Shown piece after piece: positions 56,251 to 64,000 of a DNA stretch of 64,000 nt; positions within the stretch are counted from its first letter, which is position 1, and each line of letters starts with the position of its first letter. The notes under the pieces are model-generated. The model made no database searches, was not told the DNA's origin, and saw nothing but the letters and a program-made list of their open reading frames with translations. The position numbers were made by a program, and so were the translations under genes. Source of the DNA: Myxococcota bacterium (lineage in GTDB: Bacteria; Myxococcota_A; Polyangia; Nannocystales; Nannocystaceae); contig JBCCHT010000002.1 in NCBI GenBank assembly GCA_039028615.1, positions 256,001 to 320,000 of the forward strand, written 5' to 3'.

Positions 56251-58272
56251 TCAGCGCGGGGCGGCGGCGATGTTGCCCCCGTCCACCGTGAGCACGGTGC
56301 CCGTGGTGGACTCGGCCTTCGCGAGGGCGACGAAGGCCTGGGCGACGTCGTCGGCCGAGACCTCGCGCCTGAGCAGGTTCGAGCGGAAGTAGGCGTCGGC
56401 GGTCAGGCCCCTCGCCTGCGCCCGCGCCTCGACGTCGGCGGGGTCGAGCAACCCGCTGCGAATGCGGTCGGCATTGATCGCGTTGCTCCGCACGCCGACC
56501 GGGCCGCCTTCGATCGCATACTGCTTCATCAACGCCACCAGCCCCGCCTTGGCCACCGCGTAGGGGCCAAAGCCCGCCCCCGGGTTGAAGGCCGCCTTCG
56601 AGGCGTTGAACAGCAGCACGCCCCCCATCCCCTGCGCCACCATGACCGACGTCGCCGCCGCGGCCAGCCACTGGTGGGCGAGCAGGTTGATCGCGAGGCT
56701 GTCCTCCAGCACCTGCGGCGGACACTCGGCGATGGGCGCCTGCGGTGCCGTGCCCGCGTTGGACACCACGATGTCCAGCCCGCCGAAGCGGGCCACGGCA
56801 TTGCGAACGCTCTGCCCGACGGCCTCGCGATCGCGCAGGTCTACCGCCTCATACGCCGCGCCCAGCGACTTCGCGATCGCGGCGATCCCCTCGGCATCCC
56901 GATCGACCAGAAACAGCGCCGCGCCCTGGGCCGCGAACGCGTTGGCCGTCGCCGCGCCGATCCCCGATGCCGCGCCCGTGATGTACACGACCTTGCCCTG
57001 CAGCGGCGGCGGCGTCTTGCGACCGAGCTTGGCCTGCTCGAGCGACCAATACTCCATGTCGAACAGATCCGACTCGGGCAGCGCCTGGTACCGCCCCACC
57101 GCCTCGGCGTCACCGATGACCGCGATCGTGTGCTCGTACAGGTCGGCCGCGACCCGAGCCGCCTTGGCGTTGGCCCCGGCCGCCACCAGGCCCAAGCCGG
57201 GCACCAAGACCACGCGCGGGTCCGGGTCGAGCGGCGTCTTGCTGAGCCCGCGCGTCTCGATCTGCCCCTGCACATACGCCTGGTAGCGCTCGCGGTAGGC
57301 CTGCAGCGCCTCTTCCACGTGTGCCGCCAAGTCTTGGGCGCCGTGTGGATCGAGGAGCAGCGGCCAGGGCTTGGTGCGAATCACATGGTCGGGGGTAATC
57401 GGCCCGCGGCCGGAGAGCTTCGACAGCTCTGGCCGATCGGCGAAAGCCCGCACCGCCGCGCTGTCGCGCAGCTCGAACAGATACGAGCGCTCGCCCTGCC
57501 CCAGACGACCGCGCAGCACGGGAGCGAGGGTCGGCCAGTCGACGGTCGGCCGCTTGTCGCTCACCTGCACCGTCGCACGGCGGCTCGCGATGAACTCTTC
57601 GGCCTTGGTCACCGCGGCGACGTGCCGCTCGTAGGACTCCCGCGCCGAGTCACCAAACGTGAACAGCCCGTGCTGGAGCAGCAGCAGGCCCTCGCACTCG
57701 GGGTGCGCCTCGTAGGTCTGCGCGGCCAGCTTGGCCAGGGCAAAGCCGGGCATCACATACGGCACGATGGCCAGCGCCTCACCGAAGATCTCGCGGCACA
57801 GCGCCTCGGACTTCGGCTGATCGACCAGCGCCAAGATCGCGTCCGCGTGGCTGTGGTCGATGAAGCGATGGGGCAAGAATGCATGCAGCAGCGTCTCGAC
57901 CGAGGGATTGGGCGCCGAAGCATCGAGCAGACGCACCCGCGCCGCGTTGACCATGTCCTCGTCCGACAACGACTCGCGCTTGCGCAGGGCGGCCAAGGTC
58001 TCGAGGCGCACGGCCGGCAGCCCTTCGGGCTCGATCTGTCCCAGGTCCCAGCCGCTGCCCTTGACGCAGAGCACGGGGGTGGGCTCGCCCAGGTCGTCCG
58101 GCAGCGAGGTCTTGACCGAAGTATTGCCGCCGCCGTGCAGGACCAGCGTGGACTCGCCGCCGATGAGCCGCGACGTGTAGACCCGCAGCGCCAGGTCCTC
58201 GTTGCGCCCCGGCCCCTGCCCCCACCGCTGCACCGCGGCCTTCGCTTCCTCGTCCGACCATCCCGATCGCAT
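56251..58272 (-). CDS. Bifunctional class II aldolase / short-chain dehydrogenase
   Basis: LHGGGNTSVK, KGSGWDL, PSVETLLH, DHSHAD, QHG, TPDH, EYWSLEQAKL; SDR motifs TGAASGIG, NAG, YAVAK and VDGG. Confidence 0.93.
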   Translation of the reverse strand: MRSGWSDEEAKAAVQRWGQGPGRNEDLALRVYTSRLIGGESTLVLHGGGNTSVKTSLPDDLGEPTPVLCVKGSGWDLGQIEPEGLPAVRLETLAALRKRESLSDEDMVNAARVRLLDASAPNPSVETLLHAFLPHRFIDHSHADAILALVDQPKSEALCREIFGEALAIVPYVMPGFALAKLAAQTYEAHPECEGLLLLQHGLFTFGDSARESYERHVAAVTKAEEFIASRRATVQVSDKRPTVDWPTLAPVLRGRLGQGERSYLFELRDSAAVRAFADRPELSKLSGRGPITPDHVIRTKPWPLLLDPHGAQDLAAHVEEALQAYRERYQAYVQGQIETRGLSKTPLDPDPRVVLVPGLGLVAAGANAKAARVAADLYEHTIAVIGDAEAVGRYQALPESDLFDMEYWSLEQAKLGRKTPPPLQGKVVYITGAASGIGAATANAFAAQGAALFLVDRDAEGIAAIAKSLGAAYEAVDLRDREAVGQSVRNAVARFGGLDIVVSNAGTAPQAPIAECPPQVLEDSLAINLLAHQWLAAAATSVMVAQGMGGVLLFNASKAAFNPGAGFGPYAVAKAGLVALMKQYAIEGGPVGVRSNAINADRIRSGLLDPADVEARAQARGLTADAYFRSNLLRREVSADDVAQAFVALAKAESTTGTVLTVDGGNIAAAPR

Positions 58273-58365
58273 GAAGGGCAGTAAAAGCTCTGCTCCCGCC
58301 GCTGTCCACCCCGCGATCGGGTCCCCGCCGTAGGCCCCGAGACGAGGCGAGAACGCTCGAGCTGG

Positions 58366-59274
58366 CTACGGGGCGCAGGCCTCGAGCATGGCCTGGAAGC
58401 CGGGCCACCTCTGCTCATTGCCGTTGTCGAACAGCGGCTGGGTGAGTCCGTCCTCCTTCACCAGTTGCACGGCCGTGACCTCGACCTTCGCGTCACCGAG
58501 CACCACCTGATTGTCGTGGACGAAGCCACGAATCCCGCCGCCCTCGTCACCGCTGCCGATCGCCCCCTCGGAGTCGTCGAAGTACGCGACGCACCGCGTC
58601 GACCGCTCGCCGCTGCGCGGGGTCAGAATTTCCTCTCCGTAGTACGCGCGGTAGATGTTGCGGAACGCCGCCACCTTCCCGCTCCCGTGACTGCCGTTGG
58701 CCTTGATGCGAAACACCGCGTGATACTGCTCCTTGGCCCGTGCCGGCTCGGATGGGGTCACGGCCAACCCCACGCCATCGAGCAATGCCTGGCCGACCGC
58801 GATCCGCTCGGCCCTATCCGTGAACTGGTCGTTGTCTCGAAACAGCGCGAGCAATAGATCGGTACGACCCTGGTTCGGGTCGCAGCCATCGCCCACCGTC
58901 GTCCCGGGTGCGCACTGGGCAGCACCGCCCGGACTCGTGCGCGCGTAAGAGTCGAACGCCACCCCGAAGCCATGGTCGATGCAATCCACCATGGCCGCGG
59001 CCGCATGCGGTGCCAGATACGAGTCCCCCACCCTCCTCCCCGGATTCGTGAAGTGCTTCGCCATGAGCGTGTTGTCGATGTCGAAGATGCAGATTCCCCG
59101 GGGCGGAGCCAAGGGTGCCGTTTCTCGGTCCTCCGGTATGAATGACGGCAGCGCGGAGTCACCGTCTTCGACGACCGCTTGGGCGGCCGAGCTCGACCGA
59201 GGATGGGCGCAGGATGCCAGAGACAGCAGCCCTAGCCCCGCGACGACGATGGAGAGTTGCTCGACGATGCGCAT
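58366..59274 (-). CDS. Hypothetical lipoprotein with HAD-like motifs
   Basis: Lipobox LASC; CIFDIDNTL (DxD motif I), GK, YFDD (motif IV). Start is ATG 59274 or TTG 59289. Confidence 0.6.
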   Translation of the reverse strand: MRIVEQLSIVVAGLGLLSLASCAHPRSSSAAQAVVEDGDSALPSFIPEDRETAPLAPPRGICIFDIDNTLMAKHFTNPGRRVGDSYLAPHAAAAMVDCIDHGFGVAFDSYARTSPGGAAQCAPGTTVGDGCDPNQGRTDLLLALFRDNDQFTDRAERIAVGQALLDGVGLAVTPSEPARAKEQYHAVFRIKANGSHGSGKVAAFRNIYRAYYGEEILTPRSGERSTRCVAYFDDSEGAIGSGDEGGGIRGFVHDNQVVLGDAKVEVTAVQLVKEDGLTQPLFDNGNEQRWPGFQAMLEACAP

Positions 59275-59389
59275 GGCCTCGACGATCAACGTACAGGTGC
59301 GCCCTCACGCCGCCACTGCCACTTCGAGCCATTGAATTGGCATTCCCCGCCACGGGCTCGCACGAACCCGAGCGGGGGTGAGGCCCCGC

Positions 59390-60097
59390 TCAGCTCGCGG
59401 GGTCTTGGCCGAGCAGGTTGCGGCAAGTAGGCGAGGTGGGGACCGCCTTGGGCGACGGGTTGGTGCGCAGCACCAAGTCCCCCAGGTGCATGGTGACCCC
59501 CATCCAGAAGTGCTCGTTCTTGAAGTGGTGCAGGCGATGGTGACGCCACAGCCGTCGATACAGGCGCCCCCGCGGGCGATAGCTCGAGTGGCTGATGAAG
59601 TGGGTCCACTCGTAGACGAGGCCGATGGCGATGACGGCGAGCAAGAAGCTGAGCCACAGCGCCCAGGTGGGGGTGACGATGGCCGCGACCCCTGCGGCGA
59701 TGGCCATGCCGATCAGGGCGCCGCGCATGGGCGTGCACCAGTAGCGAGGGTCGTGGGGGCTTTCGTGGTGCAGCCGATGCTCGCGCGCGAGCTCGGTGTC
59801 GAGGGTCCAGCGCCCGAGCTTGCGTGGCCGCCAGTGCAGCACGCCGACGTGGATGACCCACTCGGTGAAGGGGTGAAGCGCGAGCACGGCCGCGGCCACG
59901 GCCCCGTCCCACAGGCTGAAGTCGCCGACCACGATGCGCAGCGCGGCCACGGGCACGAGCAGCGCGGCGATGATCTGGGCCGAGCGCTGGCGGATGAAGA
60001 TCTGAAAGACCCCGCGCAAGGTCAGACCCGGCGCGCGGGGATCGAGTTCGACGGACCGAGGGCGGCGCCCAGCCACCGTGGAGCTACCAGCGTTCAT
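59390..60097 (-). CDS. Fatty acid hydroxylase / sterol desaturase family protein
   Basis: His boxes EWVIHVGVLH, HRLHH, YEWTHFISH and HHRLHHF; start overlaps the regulator stop (ATGA). Confidence 0.9.
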   Translation of the reverse strand: MNAGSSTVAGRRPRSVELDPRAPGLTLRGVFQIFIRQRSAQIIAALLVPVAALRIVVGDFSLWDGAVAAAVLALHPFTEWVIHVGVLHWRPRKLGRWTLDTELAREHRLHHESPHDPRYWCTPMRGALIGMAIAAGVAAIVTPTWALWLSFLLAVIAIGLVYEWTHFISHSSYRPRGRLYRRLWRHHRLHHFKNEHFWMGVTMHLGDLVLRTNPSPKAVPTSPTCRNLLGQDPAS

Positions 60098-60876
60098 CGA
60101 TCGGAGCCTTTCGCGGCCGAGTCGTCGGCCTCGTCGGGAGTGAGGGTCGCGTCTTGCAGGGCACCGACCAGCCCCAGCACCGCCCGCGTGCCCTTCTCCA
60201 TGAGCGCGTCGGCCATGTGCTTGGCCGCCCCGCCGTCGCCACGCTCGACCGCCTCGGCGATGGCCCGATGACCCGCGACGTCGCGCGTTTCCTCGGCCAT
60301 GACCTGCACCAAGACCTCGCGCAGTCGGTCGTAGGTCTCGCGCAGCGTGTTGAAGGAAAGCTCGTAGGCGATGTTGCCCGAGCCCCGCACCATCACGTCC
60401 CAGAAGCGAAGCGACAGGTCCTGCAGCTCGGCCAGATCGTCGACCTCGGCGGCGGCGTGCATGCTCTCGATGAGCTCGCGCAGCGCCGTGATGTCGGCTT
60501 CGGTGGCCCGCTCGGCACACAGCCGCGCGATGTCCGGGGCGAGCACGGCTCGCATCTCCATGACGCTGCGCGCGACCCCGAGATTGATGGTGTTGTCGCG
60601 GCGGAAGAGCATCCGACCGAGCAGGTCGAGCCCGGCGTTGCGGCGAAAATCGAGGACCTTGGTGCCGCCGCCCTGCGAGATACTGACCAGCCCGGCCTGC
60701 GCCAATCGCTTGAGGGCCTCGCGAATCGCGCCGCGATTGACGCCGAGGGTCTCACACAGCTGTCGCTCGGCCGGGAGATTGACCCCGGCCCCGAAGTGTC
60801 CTTCGACGATTTCGCCCGACAGCTGGTCGTAGACCTCATCGGACAGCGTTTTCTTGGCGATTTTACGAAGACCCAT
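60094..60876 (-). CDS. GntR/FadR family transcriptional regulator
   Basis: LPAERQLCETLGVNRGAIREALKRL...QGGGT HTH plus an FCD-like C-terminal domain. Confidence 0.93.
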   Translation of the reverse strand: MGLRKIAKKTLSDEVYDQLSGEIVEGHFGAGVNLPAERQLCETLGVNRGAIREALKRLAQAGLVSISQGGGTKVLDFRRNAGLDLLGRMLFRRDNTINLGVARSVMEMRAVLAPDIARLCAERATEADITALRELIESMHAAAEVDDLAELQDLSLRFWDVMVRGSGNIAYELSFNTLRETYDRLREVLVQVMAEETRDVAGHRAIAEAVERGDGGAAKHMADALMEKGTRAVLGLVGALQDATLTPDEADDSAAKGSDR

Positions 60877-60925
60877 GGCAACGCCCGCGTGCCCACTCAA
60901 CATGGATCATGATCATCGGATGGTC

Positions 60926-60942
60926 AACTGGTCATACCAATT
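60926..60942. promoter_or_regulatory. FadR-subfamily operator
   Basis: AACTGGTCATACCAATT matches the FadR/PdhR-type TGGT-N3-ACCA palindrome, 50 bp upstream of the regulator. Confidence 0.75.
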
Positions 60943-61038
60943 TACGAACGTGAGATCGGCAGTGCGCGGAGTGCGAAAAAGGCACCCTCTGGAGTCTGCT
61001 TTCGGCCGCAGCGGGCCGGTATCGTGGCCCCTGCCCCC

Positions 61039-63693
61039 ATGAAGGACCCCCGCCCCTCGCCGATCTACCGCAAAGACTATCGCCCGCCTCACTATTGGAT
61101 CGACGAGGTCGTCCTCGAGGTGCGGCTTTACGAGGACCGAGCCGAGGTCGAGGCCACGATGAGCGTGCGGCGGAACCCGGACGCGGGTGACGAGCCGCAG
61201 GCGTTGGTGCTGCACGGCGAGCAGCTGCAGCTCGAGTCGGTCGCGATCGACGGACAGATGCTGCCCGCCGAGGCGTACGAGACCGACGAGCGCACCCTGA
61301 CGATCCACGAGGTGCCGGAGCGCTTCGAGCTGCACACGGTCGTGCGCAACGAGCCGCAGAACAACACCGAGCTGACGGGGCTGTACCGATCGGGGCAGAC
61401 CTTCTGCACCCAGTGCGAGGCCGAGGGCTTCCGCCGGATCACCTACTTCCTCGATCGCCCCGACGTGATGGCCCGCTACACCACCACGATCGAGGCGGAC
61501 CGCGAGCGCTACCCGGTGCTGCTGTCCAACGGCAACCGCGAGGCCGAAGGCGAGCGCCCGGGGGGCCGTCACTTCGTACGCTGGCGCGACCCCTTCCCCA
61601 AGCCGAGCTACCTGTTCGCCCTCGTCGCGGCCGAGCTGAAGAGCCACACGGGCACCTTCACCACCCGCTCCGGTCGCGAAGTGAAACTGGAGATCTGGGT
61701 CGAGCCGCACAACGTCGACGCCTGCGAGCACGCCCTGCGCTCGCTTCGGAAGTCGATGGAGTGGGACGAGAAGGTCTTCGGCCTCGAGTACGACCTCGAC
61801 ATCTACATGATCGTCGCCGTCAGCGACTTCAACATGGCGGCGATGGAGAACAAGGGCCTCAACATCTTCAACGACAAGTACGTCCTGGCCCGCCCCCAGA
61901 CCGCGACCGACGACGACTACGAGAACATCGAAGGCGTCATCGCCCACGAGTACTTCCACAACTGGACCGGCAACCGCGTCACCTGCCGGGACTGGTTCCA
62001 GCTGACGCTCAAGGAGGGCCTCACCGTCTTCCGCGACGAAGAGTTCAGCTCCGACATGGGCTCGCGACCGGTCAAGCGGATCATGGACGTCCGCACCCTC
62101 CGCACCGCTCAGTTCGCCGAGGATGCCTCCCCCACCGCTCATCCGATCCGGCCCGAGGCCTATATCGAGATGAACAACTTCTACACCGTCACGGTGTACA
62201 ACAAGGGCTCGGAGGTCATCCGCATGATCCACACCCTCTTGGGAGCCGAGGGCTTCCGCAAGGGCATGGACCTGTACTTCGAGCGCCACGATGGCCAGGC
62301 GGTGACCTGCGACGACTTCGTGACCGCCATGGCCGACGGCAGCGGGGTCGACCTCGCTCAGTTCTCGCGCTGGTACGAGCAAGTGGGCACGCCGGTCGTG
62401 CACGCCGAGGGGAGCTGGGACGAGGCCGCGGGACGCTACGCGCTGACCCTGCGGCAGGAGCCCTCCACGATCGCCAAGGGAGACACCTCGCCGCTGCACA
62501 TCCCGGTGATGGTGGGCATGGTCGGCGCCGATGGACGCGACCTGCCCCTCACGGTCGAGCCCGCGGTGGCCATGAAGGACCACGGCGCCCTGCTCGAGCT
62601 GCGAGAGCAGGAGCAGACCTTTACCTTCGAAGGCCTGACCGAGCGCCCCGTGCCCTCGGTGCTCCGTGGTTTCTCGGCCCCGGTGCGGCTGGAGCTGTCG
62701 CGAAGCGAAGACGAGCTCGCGTTCCTCATGGGACACGATGCCGACCCCTTCAACCGCTGGGACGCGGCGCAGACCTTCGCCCAGCAGATGATCCTGAGCA
62801 TGGCCGCGCAGCGACGAGCGGACGCGGCCATGACCATCGACGCGCGCTTCGTGGAGGCGTGGGGGCAGATCTTGGCCGACGAGAAGCTCGACGGCTCGCT
62901 CAAGTCGCTGACCTTGCAGCTGCCCAACGAGCGCGTGCTCGGCCAGGCGATGGAGGCAGTCGACGTCGACGGGCTACATGCGGCGCGCGAGCAGGTGCTC
63001 GGAGCCCTGGCCGATGCCCACTTCGCCGCGCTGCAATCGACCTACGCGTCGCTGGATCTCGGGCCCTATCGGCTCGACCGAGAAGCGGTGGCGGGCCGAC
63101 GACTTCGCAACACGGTACTGGGCATGCTCGGCCATCGCAGCGACGAGACCGCCCGCGAGCAGGCGGCGACCATGGCCCGGGCTCAGCTCGACGACGCCGA
63201 CAACATGACCGATGCCGAGGCCGCGCTGCACTGCCTGGTCGGAGCCGGGGGTGACGCCCGCGAGACGGCGCTCGCCGACTTCTACGCCAAGTGGCAGCAA
63301 GCACCGCTGGTCATCGACAAGTGGTTCACCGCCCAGGCGTTGTCCACCCGCCCCGACACGCTCGACCGGGTGATCGCTCTGGCCCGACACACCGACTTCA
63401 ACATCCGCAATCCCAACCGGGTCCGCTCGCTGCTCGGCAGCTTCTCGGTGCGCAACCAGGTGTGCTTCCACGCCCTCGACGGCCGGGGCTACGCCCTGCT
63501 GGCCGACCACGTGCTCGAGCTCGACCGACTCAACCCGCAGGGCGCTGCGCGCCTGGTCGGACCCCTGGGGCACTGGCAACGATTCGACGCCACGCGCCGC
63601 GAGCTCATGCGCAGCCAGCTGAGCCGAATTACCGCGCAGGAGGGCCTCTCCAAGGACGTTTTCGAGCTGGCGAGCAAGGCCCTGGGCGCCTGA
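61039..63693 (+). CDS. pepN: Aminopeptidase N (M1 family)
   Basis: TQCEAEGFRRITY, DPFPKPSYLFALV, AAMENKGLNIFN, HEYFHNWTGNRVTCRDWFQL.LKEG, NPNRVRSL. Alternative start GTG 61024. Confidence 0.97.
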   Translation: MKDPRPSPIYRKDYRPPHYWIDEVVLEVRLYEDRAEVEATMSVRRNPDAGDEPQALVLHGEQLQLESVAIDGQMLPAEAYETDERTLTIHEVPERFELHTVVRNEPQNNTELTGLYRSGQTFCTQCEAEGFRRITYFLDRPDVMARYTTTIEADRERYPVLLSNGNREAEGERPGGRHFVRWRDPFPKPSYLFALVAAELKSHTGTFTTRSGREVKLEIWVEPHNVDACEHALRSLRKSMEWDEKVFGLEYDLDIYMIVAVSDFNMAAMENKGLNIFNDKYVLARPQTATDDDYENIEGVIAHEYFHNWTGNRVTCRDWFQLTLKEGLTVFRDEEFSSDMGSRPVKRIMDVRTLRTAQFAEDASPTAHPIRPEAYIEMNNFYTVTVYNKGSEVIRMIHTLLGAEGFRKGMDLYFERHDGQAVTCDDFVTAMADGSGVDLAQFSRWYEQVGTPVVHAEGSWDEAAGRYALTLRQEPSTIAKGDTSPLHIPVMVGMVGADGRDLPLTVEPAVAMKDHGALLELREQEQTFTFEGLTERPVPSVLRGFSAPVRLELSRSEDELAFLMGHDADPFNRWDAAQTFAQQMILSMAAQRRADAAMTIDARFVEAWGQILADEKLDGSLKSLTLQLPNERVLGQAMEAVDVDGLHAAREQVLGALADAHFAALQSTYASLDLGPYRLDREAVAGRRLRNTVLGMLGHRSDETAREQAATMARAQLDDADNMTDAEAALHCLVGAGGDARETALADFYAKWQQAPLVIDKWFTAQALSTRPDTLDRVIALARHTDFNIRNPNRVRSLLGSFSVRNQVCFHALDGRGYALLADHVLELDRLNPQGAARLVGPLGHWQRFDATRRELMRSQLSRITAQEGLSKDVFELASKALGA

Positions 63694-63764
63694 GCCATGG
63701 GAGCGCTTGCACCACCCAGGTCCCTCCTCCATGCTCATTGCATTGGCTTACTCGAGGTGTGTGC

Positions 63765-64000
63765 ATGAAAATTAGGAGAATGTGGGGGTCGCGCCTTGCG
63801 CTGGTACTGACGGGAGCCGTAGCCGTGGGCTGCGGCGGCGACCCGGGAGCGGATACGGGCAGCGACTCCAGCGACGATACCGACAGCGGTGAGGTCACCC
63901 CGCCGCCCGAGACCGAATCCGAGGGCGAAGTAGTCGGCTGGCTCGAGATCGGCTGGGGTGAGGGCCAATATGTGCCGCTGTCGGACGGCGACGACTTCCC
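63765..64000 (+). CDS. Lipoprotein, truncated by the window end
   Basis: RBS GAGGTG; MKIRRMWGSRLALVLTGAVAVGC lipobox then an acidic linker and WLEIGWGEG; frame open to the end. Confidence 0.7.
   Translation, partial: MKIRRMWGSRLALVLTGAVAVGCGGDPGADTGSDSSDDTDSGEVTPPPETESEGEVVGWLEIGWGEGQYVPLSDGDDF

Noticed and set aside
61834..61851. PepN exopeptidase motif reads AAMEN rather than GAMEN
   Set aside because: A conservative variant seen in M1 peptidases; HExxH and the downstream Glu are intact.

Overview
A high-GC chromosomal window whose gene content points to a myxobacterium, most likely a marine or halotolerant Nannocystaceae-like lineage (inference). The indicators are three Ser/Thr kinase-TPR proteins, many Cys-rich lipoproteins with Ser/Thr/Gly/Asp linkers, a MYXO-CTERM protein, an ECF sigma factor and a complete Na+-NQR operon (nqrABCDEF-apbE-nqrM). 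Housekeeping genes include groES-groEL with a CIRCE box, pepN, an acyl-CoA dehydrogenase, a plsC-like acyltransferase, an ABC1/UbiB kinase, a SRAP protein and an aldolase/SDR fusion. I saw no rRNA, tRNA, CRISPR array, transposase or prophage gene. Four observations stand out. (1) A splicease-like radical SAM/SPASM gene (38877-40118) lies directly upstream of a lipoprotein with a CxxCxxH...CxxC leader whose only Tyr is in a Tyr-Gly motif, a candidate system for backbone modification of a surface protein. (2) About 330 bp is duplicated in inverted orientation between groEL and the convergent gene; each arm carries the same terminator and a 131-bp structured element with terminal inverted repeats. 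(3) A TAnnnT hexamer sits 6-9 nt before many start codons, suggesting widespread leaderless transcripts. (4) A D-[LV]-[GP] motif recurs at the end of lipoprotein linkers. All calls come from motif recognition by eye, with no database searches.
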